Source of the DNA: Myxococcales bacterium
GTDB lineage: Bacteria; Desulfobacterota; Binatia; HRBIN30
Direction of reading: 5' to 3'
DNA length: 64,000 nucleotides
Assembly: GCA_037445065.1 (NCBI GenBank)
Contig: JBBILD010000001.1
Location: 160,001-224,000, forward strand
Shown here: piece by piece, positions 9,106 to 19,219 of the stretch
Layout of the letters: each line of letters starts with the position of its first letter
Numbering within the stretch: the first letter of the stretch is position 1
Position numbers and translations under genes: made by a program
The notes under the pieces: model-generated
Database searches by the model: none
Seen by the model: the letters and a program-made list of their open reading frames with translations, nothing else
Told to the model about the DNA's origin: nothing

Positions 9106-10032
9106 TCAAGGCACCCGTACCACCATCTCTGCCGCGGATCCAACGTTCCCCCCGATGTCTCTTAATCGGACGCGCACTATCGTATCGCCGGGCGGAAATG
9201 TCAACGCATCGTTAATGAGAACGCAGTACTGGACCGTCGATGCCGCTTCGCGGAAGCGCAGATTACCGCCCACGTCGAGTGTGCAAGCAAAGTCCGGCTC
9301 GGTGAAAACACGGAAACGGCAGGCGAAATCATTCACGGCGTCGGTGGTAGCGAGTTCGAAGGCAGATTCGGAGAGAATGCTCCCAGGCACTCCGCCTAGC
9401 CGCGGTGGCGTGACATCGCAAACGGCCTCGCTTCCGTCGCCGAGAGCTCGGCTCACTTGTACGATGAGGTCCGGCAGCGCCTGAGGGTCGTTCCGCTTTG
9501 GATTGAAAAAAACCGTACCGGGAGGAAGCTGGCTTAGCCCCGGCCTTCCTTCCACGAAAATCAGGAAACCTGCTTCGCTCGTTCGTGTGAAAATCGGTCT
9601 CCCCTGTGGGTCGGTTCCGGTCGGTTGGTTCGGTTGCCCCCCAAGATCGGCCACACCAAGCGCGGTTACGATGGGCCCGAGCACAGGTGTCGCGGTGGGC
9701 GGGGTGGTTGGTGACGGTGTTGGGCTCGGGGCCACGGTTTGCGTGGGGCTCGGTGTTACAGTCGGTCGCTGTGTTGGGGTGTGGGGCTGGCCGGTTTCCG
9801 TACCCGTGGGTGCTGAAGGTGGCGTGGATGGCTCTACTCGCGGTGTAGCCGTGGCCGTCGGTGGTGGGGGAGCAGTTGGACTCAGCACCGGGGTATCGGT
9901 TGGGGTCGGCGTTGGGGTCAAGGCGGGTGCAGTTCTCCCACCTCCGCCACTGCACGCAGAAACGGCAAGAAACAAAAAGGTGCAAGTCCCTCTCCCTAGC
10001 AGAGTCTGCGCCTCCCGCCAGCCAGGCCGCAT
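9106..10032 (-). CDS. Pro/Thr-rich lipoprotein with C-terminal Cys-containing globular domain
   Basis: Lipobox VSAC, long PT linker, beta-rich domain with 4 Cys. Confidence 0.8.
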   Translation of the reverse strand: MRPGWREAQTLLGRGTCTFLFLAVSACSGGGGRTAPALTPTPTPTDTPVLSPTAPPPPTATATPRVEPSTPPSAPTGTETGQPHTPTQRPTVTPSPTQTVAPSPTPSPTTPPTATPVLGPIVTALGVADLGGQPNQPTGTDPQGRPIFTRTSEAGFLIFVEGRPGLSQLPPGTVFFNPKRNDPQALPDLIVQVSRALGDGSEAVCDVTPPRLGGVPGSILSESAFELATTDAVNDFACRFRVFTEPDFACTLDVGGNLRFREAASTVQYCVLINDALTFPPGDTIVRVRLRDIGGNVGSAAEMVVRVP

Positions 10033-10196
10033 GGCAATTCCCTATCGCTAGGCAGGGAAAGCGTGTCAAGGAAGATCGTGGTGACTGAGGCAAATCCGCG
10101 AAGGCGTTTGCCCGGCACGGAAGCTTGATTCCTGGTGGGTGGGGTTGCATCACTGCCCAGCCTCTGGCACATCGGCTCGCCTTGGATCCAGGAGTG

Positions 10197-11558
10197 ATGA
10201 CGGCGAGCGCGCCTGCTTCCTTCGAGGACTGCGAGACCTTGCCGAATTGGCGAGAGCACTTTCGGCGGAAGTTGCTCTCTGCCGATGAGGCGGTGCAGTT
10301 CATCCGTGATGGGAACTCGGTTCGCTTGCCGATGGGATCGGTGCCGGTGAGCCTGGTCGAAGCCTTGGCGCGGCGGCGGGACGAGCTAAGAGGCGTGCGC
10401 GTTTACCAAGGTGCGAGTCGTTATCCGCTGCCGTTTGCCCAGGCGGATCCTGCTTGGATGGGGAAGATTGATTTCGTTTGCGATTTCATCTCGGCTTCGA
10501 TCCGAGCGGGAATCGAGGCACGCATTTCCGATTTCCTGGTGCTTGACTATGGCCTGGCTTCCCGCACCCAGCACGAGCAGCGGACAGACGTATGCCATCC
10601 TGACGTGTTTCTGGCGCCGGTTTCCGAGCCTGATCGGCAGGGAAACGTGAGCTTTGGGTTCACGCTTTGGAATGCTCGGGACTTCCTGCAGCGGGCGCGG
10701 CTGCGCATCGCAGAGGTGACGCCTGGGATGATTCGCACCGGCGGGGAGAATTCGGTGCCACTGGACGCGTTTGACTGGATTGTAGAGCGCAACGAACCCT
10801 CCGTCCTTGCTCCCCTTCCGGAGTTGAGCCCCGAGCGGATCGAAGTCACGGAGGTGATCGGCGCCTTTGTCTCGACTTTGGTGCGAGACGGAGACACGAT
10901 CCAGGTGGGCACCGGCACGCTGTCATCATGCATGGGGAGTTACTTGGAGGGCAAAAACGACTTGGGTATTGACGCGGAAATTCTGGTTCCCTCCGTCGTA
11001 GAGCTGATCAAGTTGGGCGTGGTGACTGGGAGCCGCAAGACGTTTCATCCGGGCGTGGCAACAGCCTCCTTTATCGTTCCCGGCAGCGACTTCGCATTTT
11101 GCCACCGAAACCCGCGCGTTGCCTTGTTCGACATCGAATGGTGCAACCACCTGCCTAGAATCGCGCAGATCGAGAACCTAGTGGCAATCAATCAAGCCTC
11201 GGCAATCGACCTCACGGGTCAGGTCGCCGCTGAGTCCATCGGGCCAACGATGTACACTGGCCCGGGGGGCCAGTTAGTTTGGACCATGGGGGCCCTGTAC
11301 GCCCCGCGAGGCCGGGCCGTAACCGTGCTGCCCTCGACCGCGCGAAACGGCACAGTCTCGCGCATCGTCCCTCAACTCACTCCAGGAACTGTGGTAACGG
11401 TGCCGCGGACATTTGTGGATTACGTGGTCACCGAGTATGGCATTGCCAATCTGCAGGGCCGGACCCAGCGGCAGCGCGCCGAGGCGCTGATCGAGCTGGC
11501 TCATCCGGATTTTCGTTCCGAGTTGCGGGCGGCGGCGCGGCGCCTTTTCTGGCCGTAG
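10197..11558 (+). CDS. Acetyl-CoA hydrolase / 4-hydroxybutyrate CoA-transferase family (start uncertain)
   Basis: DGDTIQVGTG, IDLTGQV, GPGGQ, YVVTEYGIANLQG, IELAHPDFR. Confidence 0.9.
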   Translation: MTASAPASFEDCETLPNWREHFRRKLLSADEAVQFIRDGNSVRLPMGSVPVSLVEALARRRDELRGVRVYQGASRYPLPFAQADPAWMGKIDFVCDFISASIRAGIEARISDFLVLDYGLASRTQHEQRTDVCHPDVFLAPVSEPDRQGNVSFGFTLWNARDFLQRARLRIAEVTPGMIRTGGENSVPLDAFDWIVERNEPSVLAPLPELSPERIEVTEVIGAFVSTLVRDGDTIQVGTGTLSSCMGSYLEGKNDLGIDAEILVPSVVELIKLGVVTGSRKTFHPGVATASFIVPGSDFAFCHRNPRVALFDIEWCNHLPRIAQIENLVAINQASAIDLTGQVAAESIGPTMYTGPGGQLVWTMGALYAPRGRAVTVLPSTARNGTVSRIVPQLTPGTVVTVPRTFVDYVVTEYGIANLQGRTQRQRAEALIELAHPDFRSELRAAARRLFWP

Positions 11559-11629
11559 CGCTGAGCCTGGCTCTCGGAACTCGTGCGCTGCGCCTGGTTG
11601 GCGGCAAGAAGAAAGGATGTGCGAGAAGG

Positions 11630-12760
11630 ATGGTCTGGTTGCTGACGTTTTTGGGAACCGGCTGGCTCCTGTACGCGCTTTTTGCCCGGCGGTGGTGGGT
11701 GGATCCAGTGCTGCGGCGCCCGGGCGTGGAAGCTTGCGGCCGCGTCGTTGCCGTGGTTCCCGCGCGCAACGAAGCGCGAGAGCTGCCCGTTACGCTGCCG
11801 GCTTTGCTGCGGCAGAGCTACCCGGACTTAGTAGTCGTTCTAGTTGACGATCATTCCCAAGACGACACGGCAAGTGTCGCCGAGCGGATCGCCAGAGAAT
11901 ACGCCAGTGAGGACCGCTTCCGTGTGGTCTTCCCCGACCCTTTGCCTCCAGGCTGGATGGGAAAGGTATGGGCTCAGCGGCGCGGTGTACAGGAGGCAAA
12001 GCAGTTGGGCGCGCTGTGGGTGTGGTTCACGGATGCCGACATCCGCCACGCACCGGACGTCCTCGAGCGGTTATTGGCGACCGCGCAAGCGGAGAGCCGT
12101 GACTTTGTGTCCGTGATGGCACGCCTTCACTGCAAGTCATGCTGGGAGCGACTCCTCATTCCAGCATTCATGTACTTCTTTGCCATGCTTTACCCATTCT
12201 CCAGTGTGGCCCGCGATGGCTCGAGGGTCGCCGCGGCAGCCGGCGGATGCATGTTGGTGCGCACCACTTTGCTCGATCGCATCGGTGGAATGGAAGCGAT
12301 TCGAGACGCAGTCATTGACGACGTTGCCCTGGCTCGCGCCTGCAAGCAGCTAGGCGGCCACCTGTGGCTAGGGTATTACGACGGCGTCCAGTCCACGCGC
12401 GGGTACCCGAGCCTAGGGGCGATTTGGAACATGGTGGCGCGTAGCGCCTACTCCCAGCTACGGTACAACCCGGTCGCCCTGGTCTTTACTCTTTTCGGAA
12501 TGGTCACGGTGTTCCTCTTGCCGGTGGCGGCCGCCTTTTGTGGGCACGGGGGCGCAAGGTGGTGGGGTTGGATCGCATACTTGAGCATGGTGCGAACCTA
12601 CGTGCCGGTGGTACGCTACGTGGGCTGTTCGCTTCGCTGGGCCTTCGCGTTACCGATTGCGGCACTGTTGTACACGGCCATGACCCTCTCGTCGGCGATC
12701 CGTTATTACCGCGGAACTCTGACAGCCTGGAAAGGCCGCACGTACAGGGTAAGTGGTTGA
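11630..12760 (+). CDS. hpnB: GT2 glycosyltransferase, hopanoid-associated HpnB-like
   Basis: VVPARNE, VDDHSQD, LPPGWMGKVWA, TDADI, AAAGGCML, IDDVALA, WNMVARSAYSQLRY. Confidence 0.75.
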   Translation: MVWLLTFLGTGWLLYALFARRWWVDPVLRRPGVEACGRVVAVVPARNEARELPVTLPALLRQSYPDLVVVLVDDHSQDDTASVAERIAREYASEDRFRVVFPDPLPPGWMGKVWAQRRGVQEAKQLGALWVWFTDADIRHAPDVLERLLATAQAESRDFVSVMARLHCKSCWERLLIPAFMYFFAMLYPFSSVARDGSRVAAAAGGCMLVRTTLLDRIGGMEAIRDAVIDDVALARACKQLGGHLWLGYYDGVQSTRGYPSLGAIWNMVARSAYSQLRYNPVALVFTLFGMVTVFLLPVAAAFCGHGGARWWGWIAYLSMVRTYVPVVRYVGCSLRWAFALPIAALLYTAMTLSSAIRYYRGTLTAWKGRTYRVSG

Positions 12761-13398
12761 CGCTGCGCTCGCTGCCGTGAGCCCGCGCGGCGAGGAGGAA
12801 GCCCGCCCGCACGGCACGGGATTCACTGTGCCATTGGATGAATCGTGAGCCGCGCTTCACACGACGTTCCGTCGCGGCGGCGAACCTGCACGCTGGGAGT
12901 GGGCTCTCAGCAGGCTTTGCATGGGTCCTGGTGCGGCGATGTGCACGGAACCAGGGGGCCAGCCGCGAACGCGGGCAGCATGACTGCGTCACGGTTAGTC
13001 GACCTCGAATCCTTTGCCGGGCCTGGACTGTCTTCGCGTGCGAGTGAGAGTGCATCGAGGACCGCATGAGGGCTCGACCGTGCTGGCTACGGGCGACGCT
13101 AGACAGCCACTCGTTGCTGGCAAACTCGCCTCGTCAGTGCGTGGCTCTCGAATTCGTGGCTGCCGCGGTCAATGTTGCATTGCCGGCCCCAGGTCGAGCT
13201 GTGCGAGCTTCCCGCACTGGGTTGCTGAGCGGGCGTGACGTGTGGGAGAAGGTTGCTGAGGCGAGGTCCGACGGCGGGTTACGGGAGTGTTTCCCAGCGT
13301 AGCGTGCCGTGCCGCATGCGGCGGCGTGGTGCCCGCCGGTTACCGGGCGTGGCAACCAAGACGTTGTGGGCACGCCCTCGAACCGTTCGGGGGCCGAA

Positions 13399-13426
13399 TT
13401 GACTCGAATTTGCACCTACTTTTAAT
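13399..13426 (+). promoter_or_regulatory. Putative sigma-70 promoter for the acyl-CoA dehydrogenase operon
   Basis: TTGACT-N16-TTTAAT about 60 nt before ATG 13488. Confidence 0.45.
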
Positions 13427-13487
13427 AGGCGGTCGTTCCCGCGCGGTTAGGGCGCTCGGGGATCAATACGGAGCCAGAGGACGTCGC

Positions 13488-14588
13488 ATGAATTTCGACT
13501 TTTCGGACGATCAAAAGATGCTGCGCGAGAATGCGCGCGCCTTCTTGAGTAAGGAATCACCCCTGACGCTGTGCCGGCAGGTTCTCGAATCGGACGCATC
13601 TTACTCGCAATCTCTTTGGCAAGCCGTGGCCGGGCAGGGGTGGCAGGGGACCGCCATCCCGGAAACGTACGGTGGGGCGGGGTTTGGCCGGCTCGATTTG
13701 GCGGTTTTGGCGGAAGAGTTAGGCCGCGCCCTCGCGCCGATTCCATTCTCTTCCACAGTGTACTTGGCGGCTGAGGCGTTGCTGGTGGCCGGAACGGAGG
13801 AGCAAAAGAAGCGCTACTTGCCCCCGGTCGCACGCGGGGAGTGTATCGCCACCGTGGCTCACGGCGAGGCTGGGGCCGATGGCGCCCTGCGAACATCATT
13901 CACGAAAGGACGAGTGCGGGGCCAGAAAGCGCCAGTGCCAGACGGCGACGTAGCGGACATCGCCCTGGTATCTGCCAAAAGCGGGAGGGAAGTGGGCTTG
14001 GTCATTGTGGAGCTGGCAGTGCCGGAGGTAACGCGGCAAAAACTCCAGTCCATCGACCCAAGCCGCTCCCTTGCCTCCCTATCGTTCCAGCGCGCCCCAG
14101 GGGAGTGGCTGGGCGGGAGGCCGTGCGGCTGGCAGACCATCGAACACATCTTTGATCGAGCCGCGGTCCTGTATGCGTTCGAGCAGCTGGGGGGTGCGCA
14201 ACGAGCCTTCGAGATCACGCGCGAGTATTTGCTGCACCGGTATGCTTTCGGGCGGCCGATTGGATCTTTTCAAGCGCTCAAGCATCGGATGGCGGACTGG
14301 TATGTGGAACTCGAGCTGGCAAGGTCGAATTGTTATTACGGCGCCTGGGCTCTGAGCAACGAGGCTCCAGAGCTTCCGGTTGCGGCCTGCGGAGCCAGAG
14401 TGAGCGCAGCGGCCGCCTTCGAGTTGGCCAGCAAAGAGATGATTCAGATGCATGGAGGCATGGGCTTTACCTGGGAGCACGATGCACATCTGTTTTATCG
14501 GCGAGCCCGCTGGCTGGGTTCCGTGCTGGGCAGTGCGCCTCTTTGGCGTGAAAAGCTGGTGGCTCGCTTAGAAGCGCAACAGGCGTGA
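13488..14588 (+). CDS. Acyl-CoA dehydrogenase, short partner subunit of an alpha2beta2 pair
   Basis: MNFDFSDDQ start, RYAFGRPIGSFQALKH, QMHGGMGFTWE. Confidence 0.92.
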   Translation: MNFDFSDDQKMLRENARAFLSKESPLTLCRQVLESDASYSQSLWQAVAGQGWQGTAIPETYGGAGFGRLDLAVLAEELGRALAPIPFSSTVYLAAEALLVAGTEEQKKRYLPPVARGECIATVAHGEAGADGALRTSFTKGRVRGQKAPVPDGDVADIALVSAKSGREVGLVIVELAVPEVTRQKLQSIDPSRSLASLSFQRAPGEWLGGRPCGWQTIEHIFDRAAVLYAFEQLGGAQRAFEITREYLLHRYAFGRPIGSFQALKHRMADWYVELELARSNCYYGAWALSNEAPELPVAACGARVSAAAAFELASKEMIQMHGGMGFTWEHDAHLFYRRARWLGSVLGSAPLWREKLVARLEAQQA

Positions 14589-14640
14589 GAAGACGGTCGG
14601 AATAAGTGTAGTTGCCGTGCCGAGTAGGAGGACGTAGGCT

Positions 14641-15879
14641 ATGGATTTCAACGACACATCGGAAGAAGCGGCATTTCGAGCCGAGGCCCGTGCCTGGCTA
14701 GAGGCGAATGCGGAACGGTTGGCACCGGGTGAGCAGCCAAGTGGCCTGGAGGGCCGCTTTGACCCAGAGATGGTCCAGAAGGCTAAAGAATGGCAGCGCA
14801 AAAAAGCCGATGCGGGTTGGGCCTGCATCACCTGGCCAAAGGAGTACGGTGGGCGGGGGGCCTCTCCCATCCAAGCCGTGATTTGGAACCAAGAAGAGTC
14901 CCGCTTCAAAACGCCTCCGAACATCTTTGCCATCGGCCAGGGAATGCTCGGCCCGACCATCATGGTGCACGGCACGGACGAACAAAAGCGGCGTTACTTA
15001 CGCCCGATGCTACGTGGCGAGGAGATCTGGTGCCAGTTGTTTAGTGAACCTGCGGCTGGATCCGATCTGGCTGGGCTTCGCACTACCGCTGTGCGGGACG
15101 GTGATGACTGGATTATCAACGGACAGAAAATTTGGACGACCGGAGCCCAGTATTCGAAGTGGGGCATGATTCTAACGCGCACCGACCCCAACGCCGAGAA
15201 ACACCGCGGGATCACGTACTTCATCGTCGACATGGAGTCGCCTGGCATCGAGATCCGGCCGATCAAACAAATGAACGGCATGTCGAGCTTCAATGAAGTG
15301 TTCTTCACCGACGTGCGCGTGCCGGACAAAAACCGCGTTGGTGACGTCAACGATGGTTGGCGCTGCGCACTGACCACGTTGATGAATGAGCGCCATGCAA
15401 TCGGGGCCGGGAGCGGTGGGCCAGATGTGCGCGACCTGTTTTTCCTTGCCCGCTCCGTGCTTTGGAACGGCAAGCCTGCCATTCGAGACAGCGGCGTTCG
15501 CCAGCGCCTGGCGGAGTTCTATGTTCGCGCGAAAGGGCTGCAGTACACGAGCTACCGCACCCAAACGGCCCTCTCTCGCGGACAAACGCCCGGGCCAGAA
15601 AGCTCGATCGGTAAACTGGTGGGCGCGCCATTGCGCCAAGAAATGGCTGCGTTCGCGATCGAGTTGCAAGGAGCGGCGGGGGCATTGCTGGACCCTTCGG
15701 CACCGCAGGAGGCCCTCTGGCAAATGGCATATCTCGGTTCCCCTGGGTTGCGCCTGGCAGGAGGGACGGACGAGATTCTGCGCAACATCATTGCCGAACG
15801 CGTGCTCGGGCTTCCACCAGAGGTGCGCGTAGATAAAGAAGTGCCGTTTAAAGACTTGCCGACCGGTCCGCGTTCCTGA
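14641..15879 (+). CDS. Acyl-CoA dehydrogenase, catalytic subunit of an alpha2beta2 pair
   Basis: WCQLFSEPAAGSDLA, NGQKIWT, FNEVFF, GGTDEILRN. Confidence 0.93.
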   Translation: MDFNDTSEEAAFRAEARAWLEANAERLAPGEQPSGLEGRFDPEMVQKAKEWQRKKADAGWACITWPKEYGGRGASPIQAVIWNQEESRFKTPPNIFAIGQGMLGPTIMVHGTDEQKRRYLRPMLRGEEIWCQLFSEPAAGSDLAGLRTTAVRDGDDWIINGQKIWTTGAQYSKWGMILTRTDPNAEKHRGITYFIVDMESPGIEIRPIKQMNGMSSFNEVFFTDVRVPDKNRVGDVNDGWRCALTTLMNERHAIGAGSGGPDVRDLFFLARSVLWNGKPAIRDSGVRQRLAEFYVRAKGLQYTSYRTQTALSRGQTPGPESSIGKLVGAPLRQEMAAFAIELQGAAGALLDPSAPQEALWQMAYLGSPGLRLAGGTDEILRNIIAERVLGLPPEVRVDKEVPFKDLPTGPRS

Positions 15880-15915
15880 GCGGCGGGGAATTCGCGGAGC
15901 GGCGCCGCCCAACTC

Positions 15916-17118
15916 ATGAGCTCCCCTCACCGCGGCGCGTTCGCACTGTTGTTCGTTTGCCTGCTGTGCGTGGGCATCGGACAGTCCATGCTATTCTCGA
16001 TTTTACCGCCAGCCGCGCGAGAGATCGGCATCTCGCCGTTCCAGGTGTCCACGATCTTTGCCACCTCCGCCTTTCTCTGGGTGTTCGTGAGCCCCTGGTG
16101 GGGCAGAAAGAGCGATGTCAGCGGCCGCCGGAAAATCATCTTGATCGGCTTGTTAGGTTACGCCCTGTCCATGGCGGCCATCGCCACGGTGATCCGTATT
16201 GGCAAAGGGGGGCAACTGCCGGCCCTGATCGTGTATCCGCTGCTGATCGCCTCGCGCTGCATCTTCGCGCTGATTGGTTCTGGGACCGGCCCGGCTTCTC
16301 AGGCATACATTGCGGATCGGACGACCCGGGCGGAGCGGGCTGCAGGCGTGGCCTTGGTGAGTGCGGCGATGAGCCTGGGAGAAACGATCGGCCCAGGAAT
16401 GGGAGCAGCGCTTGCGCCATGGGGTTTAGTGACTCCTTTGTACGTAGCCTCCGGGCTTGCCGTGGTCAGTGCCTTGGCGGTGTGGTTTTTCTTACCGGAG
16501 AGTGATCCCCCCCGGAGTCCACAGGGTAGCCCTGCCGAGCGTATGTCGGTTTTTGACCGCCGAGCGCGAGTCTACTTACTCGTGGTGACAGCTCTGCAGG
16601 CAGTGCGAGCCACTACCATCATTACGCTTGCCTTTTTCTTGCAAGACACGTTACGCCTCGATGCGCACGAAACGGTCCAGCTGTCCGGGATCGGGTTTGT
16701 GACTTTGGCCATTGCTGGTTTGTTTTCGCAATTGGTCATCGTTCAGCGTCTGCGGCCCTCTCCGCGCACAATGATGCGAGTGGGAGCGGTTTGCATGTTC
16801 TTGGCGTTTCTCGGCTTCGTCCTCGGCCAACGCTTCGAAGTGTATGTGTCGGCGCTTGCCGTGCTGGGGCTTGGCATGGGGTTGGTGCGGCCAGGAGCGG
16901 CGGCGGCGGCCTCGCTGTCGGTGCGTCCGCACGAGCAAGGCGCAGTTGCCGGTATCTTGGGCGGGATTTCTGTCGTGGGGAACGTGGTCGGGCCCATGGT
17001 AGGGACGCTTCTGTACAGCGTTGATCGGCATGGCCCCTACGTATTGAACGCGGCGGTGATGGCGGCAATTGTGGTGCTGGTGTGGACCAACGCGCGCATT
17101 CGCCAAATCCGGGTGTAA
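15916..17118 (+). CDS. MFS transporter (DHA1/TetA-like)
   Basis: About 12 hydrophobic segments, motif A WGRKSDVSGRR, AYIAD. Confidence 0.9.
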   Translation: MSSPHRGAFALLFVCLLCVGIGQSMLFSILPPAAREIGISPFQVSTIFATSAFLWVFVSPWWGRKSDVSGRRKIILIGLLGYALSMAAIATVIRIGKGGQLPALIVYPLLIASRCIFALIGSGTGPASQAYIADRTTRAERAAGVALVSAAMSLGETIGPGMGAALAPWGLVTPLYVASGLAVVSALAVWFFLPESDPPRSPQGSPAERMSVFDRRARVYLLVVTALQAVRATTIITLAFFLQDTLRLDAHETVQLSGIGFVTLAIAGLFSQLVIVQRLRPSPRTMMRVGAVCMFLAFLGFVLGQRFEVYVSALAVLGLGMGLVRPGAAAAASLSVRPHEQGAVAGILGGISVVGNVVGPMVGTLLYSVDRHGPYVLNAAVMAAIVVLVWTNARIRQIRV

Positions 17119-17120
17119 GC

Positions 17121-18161
17121 GTGAAGGGCGGAGGGGATCTACTGCGTCCCGTGCGGGAGTTTGGGTTGTTCGCAAACGAAGAGTTTTGGCGCGACTACGG
17201 CGCTCGGGTCGAGGCAATCGCAGCCCGCCACCAGGTGGCCTGCACGCAGATCCTTGCACCGGGGGGCGAGGAGCGGGTTCGTGAAGCGGAACTGAGCCGC
17301 ATCGAGGTGGCGACTTTCAACGGGTATTGGGAAGCGGACCCTCGTTTCACGCGCCACTTTTTCGGAGTGTTGCTCCGCGCACCCCGGCTTCGTTGGCTCC
17401 ACGCTCCCAATGCGGGAGTTGACCACCCCGTGTTTGCTCGCTTGTCGGAACGTGGCGTGTTGTTGAGCACCTCTGCCGGGGCCAACGCCCGCCCAGTCGC
17501 GGAAACGGCTCTCGCTGGGATGCTCGCGCTGGCGCGAGGCTTTCCTCACTGGTGGCGCGCACAACAGCAGCGCCAATGGGCCCCGCTCGGTGAGGCACGC
17601 CGGGATTTTTGCGGGCAGACGGTCGTCATTGTCGGGTTGGGCGCCATTGGACAGCAGCTAGCTCGGCTGTTGACCCCGTTTGGGGTGCACCTGGTAGGCG
17701 TGCGCCACAGCCGCCAGTCTTCACCCCTTGTTGCGCAGACCCTGGGTTACGAAGAGTTGGACTCGGTTTTACCGCGGGCGGACTGGTTGGTCCTCTGTTG
17801 CCCGCTGAGCGAACGCACGCGCCAGCTAGTTGATCGCCGCCGCTTGGGCTTGCTGCCGCGGCACGCCTGCGTCGTGAACGTGAGCCGAGGGGCGGTGATG
17901 GACGAGCAGGCACTGGCTGAGCGACTGGCGTCGGGAGAATTGGGCGGAGCCTATCTCGACGTGTTCGCTCAAGAACCCCTGCCGCCGAACTCGCCGCTCT
18001 GGACCCTGCCCAATGTGATTCTCTCCCCGCACGATGCCGCCGGTGCGCAGGGAAACCGCCAACGGGTAAGCGAGCTGTTTCTCGAGAACTTGGAGCGGTT
18101 TCTCTCTGGCCAGCCTTTGCGGAACTTAGTGCCTCCTAAGCAGCCGCGAGAGCGCGACTGA
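17121..18161 (+). CDS. D-2-hydroxyacid dehydrogenase family
   Basis: GLGAIG, VNVSRG, LDVFAQEPLP, ILSPH. Confidence 0.9.
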   Translation: MKGGGDLLRPVREFGLFANEEFWRDYGARVEAIAARHQVACTQILAPGGEERVREAELSRIEVATFNGYWEADPRFTRHFFGVLLRAPRLRWLHAPNAGVDHPVFARLSERGVLLSTSAGANARPVAETALAGMLALARGFPHWWRAQQQRQWAPLGEARRDFCGQTVVIVGLGAIGQQLARLLTPFGVHLVGVRHSRQSSPLVAQTLGYEELDSVLPRADWLVLCCPLSERTRQLVDRRRLGLLPRHACVVNVSRGAVMDEQALAERLASGELGGAYLDVFAQEPLPPNSPLWTLPNVILSPHDAAGAQGNRQRVSELFLENLERFLSGQPLRNLVPPKQPRERD

Positions 18162-18356
18162 GTCACCAATCATTCTTGTGCGTTTCGCCGCTTGCGTCGG
18201 CGCGGCTAGGCCTAGGCCAGTCGGAGTTCGTGGTCCGAACGCGGGCTGCATGCTGCCCGGTGGGCTTTTGCGCAGGGTTCTTGTGTAGAAGAAGCACCAA
18301 CTGCGGGGGAGATTCGGTGGGCCTAGCCGTTCCGGTGACCCGCCGGAGGGGAGAAC

Positions 18357-19196
18357 TCACTGCGCTGCGGGGGCAAGAATGGAGAGAGCCTGCGCATGCA
18401 AGGTGGCGTTGGCTGCGGCAATCACTTGCCCTCCCTGTGTGCAGTCGGAGCCACGCCAATCTGTCATGACTCCACCTGCTCGTTCCACGATCGGGATCAA
18501 CGCCTGCACATCGTAGGGTTCCAGACCTGACTCCACCACCAAGTCTACGCAGCCGAGTGCCACCATGCAGTACGCGTAGCAGTCCCCACTGAAACGGGTG
18601 AGCCGCACCTGCTGCGCCAGCCGTTCGAAAACCTTGAGTTCCTGGGCGGAAAACATCGCAGGGTGGGTAGACTGCAGCCGCGCATCGGCCAGCCGCTGGC
18701 AGGAACGCGTCTTAAGCGGCACACTCTCGCCACGATGGCGCAAAAAGGCGCCAAACCGGCTGGCTACAAAGCGCTCTTCCGTGAAGGGCTGGTTCATGAC
18801 GCCCAGCACGGGTGAAGCCCCGTCGTGCAGGGCGATCAGAGTCCCCCACAGCGGGATTCCGGTGAGAAACGCTCGCGTCCCATCGATCGGGTCGAGCACC
18901 CACGTAAGGCCGCTCTTGCCTTCTTCAAACCCGTGCTCCTCGCCGAGAATCCCATGGCCGGGAAACCGCTTCGAGATTAGGTCACGCATTGCATGCTCGG
19001 CTTCTTGGTCGGCGGCAGTGACAGGATCGAAGGAACCGTCCCGCGCCTTGTTTTCCTCATGCAGGTGCTGGCGGAAGTAACGTAGGATCGCGCGCCCAGA
19101 GACCTCTGCGAGAAGCTCAGCGAACTCCACGAGTTCCCGGAGTTCAGGGTCGCTCAGCTCCACGCGAGGGCGGCTGGGTAGGCTGTGCTTTGGCAT
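18357..19196 (-). CDS. hisN: Histidinol-phosphatase, inositol monophosphatase family
   Basis: FDPVTAAD, GEE, WVLDPIDGTRAF, GDCYAY, PYDVQALIP. Confidence 0.8.
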   Translation of the reverse strand: MPKHSLPSRPRVELSDPELRELVEFAELLAEVSGRAILRYFRQHLHEENKARDGSFDPVTAADQEAEHAMRDLISKRFPGHGILGEEHGFEEGKSGLTWVLDPIDGTRAFLTGIPLWGTLIALHDGASPVLGVMNQPFTEERFVASRFGAFLRHRGESVPLKTRSCQRLADARLQSTHPAMFSAQELKVFERLAQQVRLTRFSGDCYAYCMVALGCVDLVVESGLEPYDVQALIPIVERAGGVMTDWRGSDCTQGGQVIAAANATLHAQALSILAPAAQ

Positions 19197-19219
19197 AATT
19201 GCTCAGGCCGACCGCCGCC

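Noticed and set aside
12790..12815. RNase P RNA-like GAGGAAG start
   Set aside because: Does not match GAGGAAAGTCC, and the 3' ACAGAA..CGGCTTA partner is absent
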